A DNA stretch of 64,000 nucleotides from an uncultured bacterium. GTDB lineage: Bacteria; Krumholzibacteriota; Krumholzibacteriia; LZORAL124-64-63. The stretch covers positions 544,001-608,000 of the forward strand of contig CAVSGO010000007.1 of the NCBI GenBank assembly GCA_963727525.1, read 5' to 3'. Each line of letters starts with the position of its first letter. Positions within the stretch are counted from its first letter, which is position 1. The translations under genes and the position numbers were made by a program. Of the stretch, positions 1 to 9,510 are shown one piece after another. The notes beneath the pieces are model-generated. The model was not told the origin of the DNA. It saw nothing but the letters and a program-made list of their open reading frames with translations, and searched no databases.

Positions 1-110
1 CCGAGCGCGGCGATTTCTGGGGAAAACTGGTCGTCATCCGCTGAACGACCGGATCTCGCGGCGGTACCGGTCCTCCCGGTGCCGCCGCTCCATGTGGACG
101 GGGCCAGGGC

Positions 111-138
111 TTGTCCTTCTGGGGCCTCGCCTTATACT
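111..138 (+). promoter_or_regulatory. possible sigma-70 promoter of ppdK
   Basis: TTGTCC (111-116), 16-nt spacer, TATACT (133-138). Confidence 0.35.
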
Positions 139-255
139 GAACATCGAGTGGATCAGGCCAGGTACTCCCAGGGCACTCCGCGGTGAGCGGCGCGTGCGGC
201 GGGATGGCCGGGAGGTGTCATGAGTGAGAGAGGCGACTCGAGCGAGAGGGGCGAA

Positions 256-2934
256 ATGAGCGACAAGAGGGTCTATTCGTTCGGAGATGGCAAGGCGGAC
301 GGCAAGGCGGACCTGCGCGACCTCCTCGGCGGCAAGGGCGCCAACCTCGCCGAGATGACGCGACTCGGTGTGCCGGTGCCTCCGGGATTCACGATCACGA
401 CCGCCGAATGCGCTGCGTTCCAGAAGACCGATCGACTGAGCGACGAGTTGCAGAGCGAGGTGCGCGAAGCCCTGGCGCAGGTCGAGGCGATCATGGGGAA
501 GAAGTTCGCCGATGCTGCCGATCCGCTGCTCTTCTCCGTGCGGTCCGGCGCGCGCGTGTCGATGCCCGGTATGATGGATACCGTCCTCAACCTCGGCCTC
601 AACGACGAGAATGTGCAGGGGCTGGTCAGCCGCAGCGGCAGCGAGCGCTTCGCCTACGATAGCTATCGCCGGCTGGTGCAGATGTACGGCGACGTGGTGA
701 TGGGCGTGGCGAGCGAGCGTTTCGAGGACGCCATCGACACCCTCAAGGATCAGCGCAAGGTCAAGCTGGATACGGACCTGACGGCGGACGACCTCAAGGA
801 CCTCATCGCGAGCTTCAAGCGCATCGTGCGCGAGCAGACCGGCCACGACTTCCCGACCGACCCCTGGGACCAGCTCTGGGGCGGAATCCGGGCCGTGTTC
901 GAGAGCTGGAAGACGCCGCGCGCCGTGGAATACCGGCGTATCCATCGCATCCCCGAGGACTGGGGCACGGCCGTCAACGTGCAGACGATGGTGTTCGGCA
1001 ACCTGGGCGAGACGAGCGCCACGGGCGTGGCCTTCACACGCGATCCCTCGACTGGAGAGAACCGCTTCTACGGCGAGTTCCTCATCAACGCCCAGGGTGA
1101 GGACGTGGTGGCCGGTACCCGGACGCCACAGCAGATCAACCTCGTGGGGCGCGACTCTCTCCCCCGTGGCAACGAAGCGCGCGACCTGCCGACGCTCGAG
1201 GAAGTGATGCCCGAGCTCTACAAGGAACTGGTGGATGTGCGCCAGCGCCTCGAACAGCATTACCGCAACATGCAGGACGTCGAGTTCACGATCCAGGAAG
1301 GCCGCCTCTGGATGCTCCAGACCCGAAACGGCAAGCGTACCGGCACCGCGGCCATCCGTGTCGCGGTGGACATGCATCGTGAGGGTCTGGTGACCGAGCG
1401 TGAAGCCCTGATGCTCGTCGAGCCCGACCATCTCGACCAGCTCCTGCACGAGCAGATCGATCCCAAGGCCGAACTCGAGGTCATCGCCAGCGGATTGCCG
1501 GCCTCGCCGGGCGCCGCGCAGGGAACCATCACGTTCACGGCCGAGGCGGCCGTGGAGGCGGCGGACCGCGGCGAGAGCGTGATCCTGGTGAGGCGCGAGA
1601 CGAGTCCCGAGGACATCGCCGGCATGTACAAGGCGAAGGGCATCCTCACCAGCCGCGGCGGCATGACGAGCCATGCGGCCGTGGTGGCGCGAGGCATGGG
1701 CAAGCCGTGCGTCGCGGGTTGCGGCGACGCCTTCGTCAGCCATGAGCGCAAGGAGCTGGTGATTGGCGGGCGGACATTCCACGAGGGCGATCAGCTCACG
1801 ATTAATGGCACCAACGGCAATGTCATCGCCGGCGCGCCGGCGCTCATCCCGCCGCGCCTCGACGACCCCGGCCTCAAGCAGGTGATGACCTGGGCGGACA
1901 GGGTGCGTCGCCTCAAGGTGCGCACCAACGCGGATACGCCGCACGACGCGATCCAGGCGCGCGAATTCGGTGCCGAGGGCATCGGGCTCTGCCGCACCGA
2001 GCACATGTTCTTCGGCGAGGACCGCATCCGGCGCATGCGCCAGATGATCCTCGCCGGAGACGAGAACAGTCGCCGCCACGCGCTCGAGTCCATCCGACCG
2101 CTGCAGCAGGAGGACTTCGAGGGCATCTTCGTCGCCATGGACGGTCTGCCCGTCACCGTGCGCCTGCTCGATCCGCCTCTGCACGAGTTCCTGCCCACGG
2201 GCGAGCGGGAGATCGAGGAGCTGGCAGGCGATCTCGGCGTGACGGCCGAGGCTATCCGCCGCAAGATCGACGAGCTGCACGAGATGAACCCCATGCTCGG
2301 CCACCGGGGCTGCCGTCTCGGGCTCACATACCCGGAGATCTACGAGACCCAGGTGGAGGCGATCATCGGTGCGGCGCTCGCGGTGAAGGGGCGCGGCGGC
2401 GACGTGCGGCCGGAGATCATGATCCCCTTGGTGGGGATGCTTCGCGAGCTGGCCGACCTGCGCGCGCTATGCGTGGCCACCGCGGAGCGCGTGATGACCG
2501 CGGCGAAGGCGCATATCGACTACCTCGTCGGCACGATGATCGAGGTCCCGCGCGCGGCGCTCACGGCCGACGAGATCGCCACCCAGGCCGACTTCTTCAG
2601 CTTTGGGACCAACGACCTCACGCAGATGACCTTCGGTTTCAGCCGCGACGATATCGCGAAGTTCCTGCCGGAATACCTGACCAAGGGATTGCTGCCGAGC
2701 GACCCGTTCCAGCAGCTCGACCAGACTGGTGTGGGTCAGCTCGTGGAGATGGCGGCGCGTAAGGGCCGCCAAACCAACCCCGATCTCCATGTGGGCATCT
2801 GTGGCGAGCACGGTGGGGATCCCAGCTCGATCGCCTTCTGCCACCGGGTGGGGCTCGACTACGTGAGTTGCTCCCCCTTCCGCGTACCCATCGCGCGGCT
2901 CGCCGCGGCCCAGGTGGCCATTCGCGAGAAGTAG
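256..2934 (+). CDS. ppdK: pyruvate, phosphate dikinase
   Basis: LGGKGANLAEM, SVRSGARVSMPGMMDT, GGMTSHAAVVAR phospho-His motif, GIGLCRTEHMF, FFSFGTNDLTQ; ATG 256 after GAGAGGGG (alternative start 220). Confidence 0.97.
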   Translation: MSDKRVYSFGDGKADGKADLRDLLGGKGANLAEMTRLGVPVPPGFTITTAECAAFQKTDRLSDELQSEVREALAQVEAIMGKKFADAADPLLFSVRSGARVSMPGMMDTVLNLGLNDENVQGLVSRSGSERFAYDSYRRLVQMYGDVVMGVASERFEDAIDTLKDQRKVKLDTDLTADDLKDLIASFKRIVREQTGHDFPTDPWDQLWGGIRAVFESWKTPRAVEYRRIHRIPEDWGTAVNVQTMVFGNLGETSATGVAFTRDPSTGENRFYGEFLINAQGEDVVAGTRTPQQINLVGRDSLPRGNEARDLPTLEEVMPELYKELVDVRQRLEQHYRNMQDVEFTIQEGRLWMLQTRNGKRTGTAAIRVAVDMHREGLVTEREALMLVEPDHLDQLLHEQIDPKAELEVIASGLPASPGAAQGTITFTAEAAVEAADRGESVILVRRETSPEDIAGMYKAKGILTSRGGMTSHAAVVARGMGKPCVAGCGDAFVSHERKELVIGGRTFHEGDQLTINGTNGNVIAGAPALIPPRLDDPGLKQVMTWADRVRRLKVRTNADTPHDAIQAREFGAEGIGLCRTEHMFFGEDRIRRMRQMILAGDENSRRHALESIRPLQQEDFEGIFVAMDGLPVTVRLLDPPLHEFLPTGEREIEELAGDLGVTAEAIRRKIDELHEMNPMLGHRGCRLGLTYPEIYETQVEAIIGAALAVKGRGGDVRPEIMIPLVGMLRELADLRALCVATAERVMTAAKAHIDYLVGTMIEVPRAALTADEIATQADFFSFGTNDLTQMTFGFSRDDIAKFLPEYLTKGLLPSDPFQQLDQTGVGQLVEMAARKGRQTNPDLHVGICGEHGGDPSSIAFCHRVGLDYVSCSPFRVPIARLAAAQVAIREK

Positions 2935-3021
2935 CCTGTCCGATCGGTGACCGCGGCGGTGCCTGGCCTCGCCGCCGCGGTCCGCTCCTCGCAATCGCTG
3001 GACGGCCGGAGGTGACGACGG

Positions 3022-5292
3022 ATGCACGTGCAGTGGTTGTTCCCTGCGTGGGCCTGGCCGCTGCTGGGACTCGTCGCCTTCGGGGTCTGGATCGTCGTGC
3101 GGCTGTTCTATCGCCAGACGATCCCGGCGCCGACGCAGGGGACGCGACGCCTGCTCGTGGGGCTGCGCACCGCTGCGCTCGCACTGCTCCTGCTCGCCCT
3201 TGCGCAACCGGTGCTGCTGCGTCTCCTCTCGCGCGAGGAGAGTGCTGTGGTCGCCGTGGTCGTGGAGGACTCCGGGAGCGAGGCATTGACCGACGCCGGG
3301 CCGGGCGGTGCCGCGCTCAGTCGCTGGGATGCGGCCTGGTCGCTCGCGGCCGCGGTCGACTCCGTTCTGTCACAACGCGCGGATGCGCCCGCCATCGTCA
3401 TGATGCAAGGCAACGGGTTGCGCCCCGCCGAACTCGCGGATCCGACGGTCGTCACGCGGCGCACGCCTCGCGCGGTCGGGACCGACCTGCGCGCGCTACT
3501 GGCGCAGGTCGAGCAGCGGTTGCTCGGCCGGCATCTGCGCGCCGTCGTGCTGATGGCCGATGGCAACGTCACCGCCGACGACACCGATACGGCTCCGGTG
3601 CCGACGCCCGGGATCGCGGCGACGTGGCTGGTGGGACTCGGCGATCCGGTCGGTCCTGCCGATCGACTCCTCACCGATCTGAGATTTCCCGAGATGGTGT
3701 TTCGCGGCGAGGCGGCGACCGTAGAGGTCACCGTCGCCGATCGGTTCCGCACAGAGCCTGGCGGCAGCGATTCCGTGCGCGTCACGCTGCGGCGCGGCGA
3801 CACCGTGCTCGCGACGCAGAGCCGCGCGTCGATCGACGACGTGCATACCTTCCTCCTGACCTACACGCCGGCGAGCATCGGACTGCAAGTACTGACCGTG
3901 GAAGTGTCGCCACTCGCCAACGAGCGTTTCCTGGCCAACAACCAGGCGACGCTCGTGATTGACGTACGCAAGGATCGTGCACGCCTGCTCCTGCTCACGG
4001 CACGGCCCGACTGGGACGTCCGTTTCCTCGCTCAGGCCGCCAGCAGCGAACCGCGCCTGGCGCTGTCTGTGGTCTACCCCGGACCGGACGGTCTGGTTCT
4101 TGCCGACAGTCTCGGCGCGTTCACGCTGCCGACGACGGTGGACGGCTGGCGCGAATGGGATGGCGTGGTACTCGACGGTGCACCCGGAAAGCTTCTGAGC
4201 GATGGGGGCCAGTCGCTGGCGTCGGCAGTCGGCGAGGGAGTCGGGCTGCTGGTGCTCGCGGCGGACGAGCCCGTCGGCAATGGTGGCGGCGCCACCTGGT
4301 CGCCCGCCCTGACCGGAGTGTTCCCGGTCACGCTGCGTGGTCAGGGGGCCCAGTCGGTCACGGCCTTCGTGGCGCCCACGCCCGACGCGCCGCGTCACCC
4401 CGTGCTGGCCGGCGTCACGTATGGGGACGGGGACGCGGGCGCGCTGGCGAGCTTGCCTCCCCTGCGCGCGCTCACGCCGGCCGAGGTGCGCGAGGGCGCT
4501 CAGGTCCTGCTCGAGGCGACGGTCGGGCGGGGCGAGGCTGCGGGGCGTCCGCTGCTGGTGGTCTCGGCGCCCGGCCGCGATCGCGTCCTGTGGTTCGGTG
4601 GGCGGCGGCTGTGGGAGCTGGCGTTCTGGGAGAACCCTGGCGAACCGGAGGCGGCGACCACGCAACCGGTCCGGCAGCTGCTGCGCAACCTGCTCGTCTG
4701 GACGGCTCTCGGCGGACAGGAAGGGGGCCTGGCCCTGCTCGGACACAAGGTCGCGTATCAGGAGGGCCAGCCGGTTCATGTGGAGGCGCAGTGGCTCGAT
4801 GTGCGCGGTCAGCCGGTGAGCGACCGGACGGTGTCGCTCGTGGTGGCGCCGGAAGCGGGCGATGATGCCGCGCCGGAACGGACGTACGCGATGCGAGCCG
4901 AACTCGATCGGCCGGGCGTGACCAGCGTTGACCTGCCGCCGCTGCCGCCGGGGCGCTACACGCTGACGCCGCGAGCCGAAGGTGGGCCCGCGGACGCCGG
5001 TGCCTCCCGGCCGCTGGTCATCACGCCGGCCACGGTCGAGCAGACGCAGGTGCGCCAGGATAGGCGCCAGCTCCGCCAGCTCGCGGCCCGCGTGCACGCC
5101 ACCCTGCTCGATGGCGCTGATGCCGGCGATCGCGCGCAGCTGCTGGCGAGCCTCGGCCAGCTCGATCTGAGTCCGCAGCCCCGGAGCCTGCGTCGGCGCT
5201 GGGACATCTGGGCGAGCTGGCCGTACCTGACGCTCGTGGTGCTGCTGCTCGGGGTGGAGTGGCTCGTACGGCGCCGCCACGGCATGCTCTGA
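3022..5292 (+). CDS. membrane-anchored vWA-like / glutamine-amidotransferase-like domain hypothetical protein
   Basis: two N-terminal TM helices, degenerate MIDAS (VVEDSGSE...GTDL...LMADG), Ig-like middle, C-terminal TM ending VEWLVRRRHGML. Confidence 0.7.
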   Translation: MHVQWLFPAWAWPLLGLVAFGVWIVVRLFYRQTIPAPTQGTRRLLVGLRTAALALLLLALAQPVLLRLLSREESAVVAVVVEDSGSEALTDAGPGGAALSRWDAAWSLAAAVDSVLSQRADAPAIVMMQGNGLRPAELADPTVVTRRTPRAVGTDLRALLAQVEQRLLGRHLRAVVLMADGNVTADDTDTAPVPTPGIAATWLVGLGDPVGPADRLLTDLRFPEMVFRGEAATVEVTVADRFRTEPGGSDSVRVTLRRGDTVLATQSRASIDDVHTFLLTYTPASIGLQVLTVEVSPLANERFLANNQATLVIDVRKDRARLLLLTARPDWDVRFLAQAASSEPRLALSVVYPGPDGLVLADSLGAFTLPTTVDGWREWDGVVLDGAPGKLLSDGGQSLASAVGEGVGLLVLAADEPVGNGGGATWSPALTGVFPVTLRGQGAQSVTAFVAPTPDAPRHPVLAGVTYGDGDAGALASLPPLRALTPAEVREGAQVLLEATVGRGEAAGRPLLVVSAPGRDRVLWFGGRRLWELAFWENPGEPEAATTQPVRQLLRNLLVWTALGGQEGGLALLGHKVAYQEGQPVHVEAQWLDVRGQPVSDRTVSLVVAPEAGDDAAPERTYAMRAELDRPGVTSVDLPPLPPGRYTLTPRAEGGPADAGASRPLVITPATVEQTQVRQDRRQLRQLAARVHATLLDGADAGDRAQLLASLGQLDLSPQPRSLRRRWDIWASWPYLTLVVLLLGVEWLVRRRHGML

Positions 5293-5335
5293 TCCTCCCT
5301 CACTCAACTACCCTCCCGGTAAGCGAGCGTTCGCC

Positions 5336-7057
5336 ATGCGAGCGATGGATTGGCGGGCGTACGTCCGCGTCGTGGCGGGCACGCTCGCTGCGGGGACGGC
5401 GTGCGGTCAGGTCGTCATCAACGAGATCTGCTACGATCCGGAGGGTGCGGATAGCGGCGGCGAGTATGTCGAGCTGTATCACGCCGGGCCCGACAGCCTC
5501 GACTTGACCGGCGCGCGCCTCGAATTCGCCAACGGCGCGGACGGGCCGACATGGCGGGTGCAATGGACGGCGGCGCCCGGCGCGCACATCGGCCCCGGCG
5601 GCGTGTTCCTCGTCGCCGATACGGGGTGGAGTGGACCGCCCGATCCCGATGCCATCAGCGACCTCTCGCTGCAGAACGGCCCGGACGCCGTGCGCCTCGT
5701 GCTGTCCGACGGCGCGATCGATCTGGTCGGGTACGGCGATGCGGGCTTCCCCGAGCTGAGCGAGGGCGCGCCGTGTGCCGATGCGCCGGCCGGGGCCGTG
5801 ATCGCACGACGACCGGACGGCCAGGATACCGGCGACAACGCCGCCGACCTCGTCGTGACCGCGCCGACTCCCGGCGCTCTGAACTTCCCCCGGCAGGCCC
5901 CTCGGCTCGTGCGGCTGACCTGCGAGCCACCATCCCTCATCCAGCCGCTGGACACCGTGCGCGTGTCGGTGACGCTGGCCAACCGGGGTGTGGAGACGCT
6001 CGTCGCACCCACCGTGCATGTCGTTCTCGGGGACGCAATGGTCACACTCGCCACGCCCGACGTGCGACCCGATTCGCTGCGCACGCTCTGCGCCGTTCTC
6101 GTGCCCGGCGCGAGCGGGAGATTGCCGCTGGTCCTCGACGTGGAGTCGCCGTCGCCCGGGTCGCCCTGGCCGCTCGGAGCGATGGCTTACCAGGTAGGTC
6201 CCGCCTGGCTCGTGCTCACGGAGGTCATGGCGGCACCACCGGGTGGTGGCGAGTGGCTCGAGCTGCGCAATCTGGACGAGGTCCCCCGGAGTCTCGCCGG
6301 CCTGCTGCTACGCGACGAGGACGGAGCCTGGCGCGAGCTGCCCGACCTGGCGCTCGCTCCGGGGGACCGGGCGCTGCTCGTGGAAGACGTCGCCGCGTTC
6401 GCTGCCTGGTGGCAGGACCGCGCGGCAGCCGGCGCCGATCTCGGTTGCGGACGCGGTTTCCCCAGCGAACGCATCGCCGCTGTGCCCGGCGGCTGGCCCA
6501 GCCTCAACGACACGCCTCCGGAGACGCGCGACTACGCCGATCGGGTCGTACTCGCGACGGCCGACACCGTGACGCTCGATCACATGACTCTGCGCGAGGG
6601 GGCCGCGCCGCAGCGTCGATCGTGGGAGCGTGTGGGGGTGACGTGGTCGGGGCCGCTGTCGGCAGGCTGGCGTCCCGCCACGGCCCCGGCGGGCAGCACG
6701 CCCGCCTGCCCGAACAGTGTAGCGACGGCACCACCGGAGTCGGCGGCCCTCGCGGTCGAGCCCAATCCGTTCGACCCGGCCACCGGCGACGGCGCCGCTC
6801 ACCTGCGCTTCGTCGTGCCGGTGTCGGCCGGTGGCTGGGAACTGCGCATCTTTGACCTCTGGGGCCACCTCGTGCGCGACCTGGGCGGCGACGACCTCGG
6901 CGCCGGACCGCGGGACCTCGTGTGGGACGGACGCGACGACGCGCTCCAGCCGTTGCCGGCCGGCGGCTACGTGGCGGCCTTGAGGCTGCGCGCGGCCGGA
7001 GGTGCCCTCATCGCCGGAGGGCGCCGACTCGTGGTGTTGCGGCCGGAGGCACGATGA
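5336..7057 (+). CDS. secreted lamin-tail-domain protein with C-terminal FlgD-Ig (T9SS-type sorting) domain
   Basis: signal peptide; VVINEICYDP...EYVELY and LTEVMAAP...EWLELRN lamin-tail motifs; PNPF...IFDLWGHLVRDL...WDGRDD...GGY tail. Confidence 0.8.
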   Translation: MRAMDWRAYVRVVAGTLAAGTACGQVVINEICYDPEGADSGGEYVELYHAGPDSLDLTGARLEFANGADGPTWRVQWTAAPGAHIGPGGVFLVADTGWSGPPDPDAISDLSLQNGPDAVRLVLSDGAIDLVGYGDAGFPELSEGAPCADAPAGAVIARRPDGQDTGDNAADLVVTAPTPGALNFPRQAPRLVRLTCEPPSLIQPLDTVRVSVTLANRGVETLVAPTVHVVLGDAMVTLATPDVRPDSLRTLCAVLVPGASGRLPLVLDVESPSPGSPWPLGAMAYQVGPAWLVLTEVMAAPPGGGEWLELRNLDEVPRSLAGLLLRDEDGAWRELPDLALAPGDRALLVEDVAAFAAWWQDRAAAGADLGCGRGFPSERIAAVPGGWPSLNDTPPETRDYADRVVLATADTVTLDHMTLREGAAPQRRSWERVGVTWSGPLSAGWRPATAPAGSTPACPNSVATAPPESAALAVEPNPFDPATGDGAAHLRFVVPVSAGGWELRIFDLWGHLVRDLGGDDLGAGPRDLVWDGRDDALQPLPAGGYVAALRLRAAGGALIAGGRRLVVLRPEAR

Positions 7058-7833
7058 CGAGCCATCGCCGCGCCCTGCTGGGCGCGTGCGTCGTGGCAGG
7101 CCTCACGGTGACCGCAGGCGCCGGCGGGATTCGCGATCTTGCCGATGCCTGGCTCGTGCCGCCATCCGTGCTCGCGCAGGCCTGGGAGCCTGGCGCCGGG
7201 GCGCCGGCCCGGTGGCGCGTCGAGGTCGCGACGGGGCGCCTGCATGGTCTCGCCGAACTCCCGCAGTCCGGCATCGCCGTGTCTCGGCGCCAGGCGACCT
7301 GGTCCTGGCATGCGGGCTGGGAGCGCCTTGGCGGAACCCTGCTCGAAGAAGATGCCGTACGCCTCGCCGTGATGCTGGGCCGAGGCGAGGCACTGGGCGT
7401 GGAGGCCGGCTGGGACCGCCTGCGGACCGAAGGCGGCGCGACGATGCGGCAGCCCGCGCTGGCGGTGCGCGTGGGGGGCGATCTCGTTGCTGGTCTGCAC
7501 GGCGAGATTTGGCTGCATCTGCGCCGCGCACCCGCATGGTTCGGTGCGACGGGGCTGCGGCGCTGGGCGCGCGTGACCTGGAGCGACGCTGGCTGGGCGG
7601 CCGCGGCGGTTCTCGACCGCGCCGGCGATGGGCGGCCGGAAGTGCAGGTCGAGGCGATACTCGCCGTCGCGCCCGGGGCCGCCCTCGGGCTGCGTCTCGC
7701 GCCCGCAACCGGGTGCCTCGGTCTCTGCACGGCGTGGCGCCGCGGCGCGCTCGTACTGAGGACGGCGCATCTCGTGCATCCCGAGCTGGGTACGACGCAC
7801 CGCGTAGCGCTGGCCGTGGAGGTCGGCCGATGA
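7054..7833 (+). CDS. hypothetical exported protein, probable outer-membrane beta-barrel
   Basis: ATGA overlap with the upstream gene, signal-peptide-like start, alternating amphipathic strands, C-terminal HPELGTTHRVALAV. Confidence 0.6.
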   Translation: MTSHRRALLGACVVAGLTVTAGAGGIRDLADAWLVPPSVLAQAWEPGAGAPARWRVEVATGRLHGLAELPQSGIAVSRRQATWSWHAGWERLGGTLLEEDAVRLAVMLGRGEALGVEAGWDRLRTEGGATMRQPALAVRVGGDLVAGLHGEIWLHLRRAPAWFGATGLRRWARVTWSDAGWAAAAVLDRAGDGRPEVQVEAILAVAPGAALGLRLAPATGCLGLCTAWRRGALVLRTAHLVHPELGTTHRVALAVEVGR

Positions 7834-9427
7834 TGGCGGCGCGGTGGACGTTGACGCTCGTCGTCCTCTCTCTCGTCGCGGCCGCGTCCGCGCGGGCACT
7901 ACCGGCCGATCCGTCTGCCGACGTCCCGTGGCTCGACCCCGAGGAGGCGGCTGCGATGCTGGAGGAACTCGTGGACGGAGGGCTCGTCCCCACGCGACTC
8001 GATCTCGAGGCGCTCGGCCTGGACGAGACGCACGACGCGACAGCATCCATCGCGTCGGCCGCGGAGAGCGCCCGGACCGGGCTCGCGCAGTGGGAGACCA
8101 CGCGGCGCGAGAGCGGCGCCTTGCAGGCCTCTCTGCGCCTTGATCGCGTGCTGGGCGCCGCGTCGATCCACCTGCGTGCGCGCCGCACGGGCGGGGCGCC
8201 GACGACCGTCGGCGGCAGCGTTCGTTACCGCGATGGCGGCTGGACGCTGGCGGCCGGCGGTGTGGCCCTGGCGCACGGGTACGGCATGCTGAGCTCAGCG
8301 CCGGGCCGCCGGCGCAGTGCCACGGCGCAGACCTCGCTCATGGCATCACCCCGCGGCGTACGCACGTGGAGCAGCGCGGCGGCCACAACGGGGCTGCTCG
8401 GCGTCGCGGTGGCCGCCGATCGGGGGCCGCTGGGTGTCGTGGTCCTGGCGGCGCGTCCTGTGGGTGGAGATCCGCAGCCCGTCCGCGCGGTGGGGGTGAC
8501 GGTGGCATTCCCTGCGCTGGAACTCGCCTGCCTCGCCGTGTCCGCTGGCTTGCAACGTGGAGGAAGCCTCGATATGCGCTGGGAGGCGGGCGTGGGACGA
8601 TGTCAGGTCGAAGCCGCCGCGTGGCGGTCGCCTGCGGCCGGCGGCTGGTCGCGCGCCGTGGTCGGGACGGCTGGCGTGCAGACGCGTACGAGCCGACTCG
8701 AGATCCAGGCCGGAACGGCGGTCGCCACGGAAGCGCCAGCCCTTGGCAACCGTCCGGCGTGCCTCGCGGGCTGGGACGGCGCCGGCTGGTGTGGGCGAGC
8801 GCGGCACCGCTTCCAGGCCGTGACGGCCGCGATCCTGGTCACTGGCAGCACGCACGCGCCGACGCAGACGACGGCCCGGGATCGGGAGAACCGGCGCGGG
8901 CTCGAGGTCGCGGCCAGCGGCAAGTGGGGGCCCCAGCGCACCTGGGAATTGCGCTGGCGGCGCACGGCGTGGTGGCGCCGGGCGCACGACGATACGGCGC
9001 CCTGGCTGGGGCCTGCCGAGACCGGGAGCGATGCCACCGAGCAACTCGTCACCGAGGCTGGTGCACCCCTCGGCGTGGGGCGGATCACCGGCACGTTGCG
9101 CACCCTCGTCAGACCGGTGGGCACATCGACGGGGCGACGCACCCTTGCCACCATGACGTGGCGTGTGGATCGCCGGGCCATCCGTTGGTCCGTCGGCGGC
9201 GGCTGGGCGTGGGGAGATCCGCTGGCCATGACGACCGCGATCGTGCCGGTGTCCGGTCTCGTGGTGCCTCACGCCTGGGGTGCCTGGGCGAGCGGGGTCA
9301 CGGTGGGATGCGAGGGGCGTCGCGGCGCTCTGCGCTGGCAACTCGCCGCGGCCCGCTGGGACGCCGTGGATTCGGGGCGGACCCGGGCCGTTGGCAGCTC
9401 TGGTGCCGCCTGCGCACGGGCTGGTGA
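7830..9427 (+). CDS. hypothetical exported beta-rich protein, probably frameshifted at ~9375
   Basis: ATG 7830 overlaps the upstream stop; signal peptide MMAARWTLTLVV; adding one G to G4 at 9374-9377 gives the C-terminus ADPGRWQLWCRLRTGW* (9427); as written the frame runs to 9734, into the next gene. Confidence 0.55.
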
Positions 9428-9510
9428 CGCTGCTCAATCTCTGGCGCTGCCGGCCGATCATCCGGGGAGACGGCCGAAGCGGTGGACTCCAACCCCCATG
9501 CGATCAGACC

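Noticed and set aside
34-2304. 756-aa minus-strand ORF, and similar long antisense ORFs over argS, lnt, nfnB, pyrG, rpoN and menA/trxB
   Set aside because: Shadow frames of well-supported genes in high-GC DNA; no motifs.
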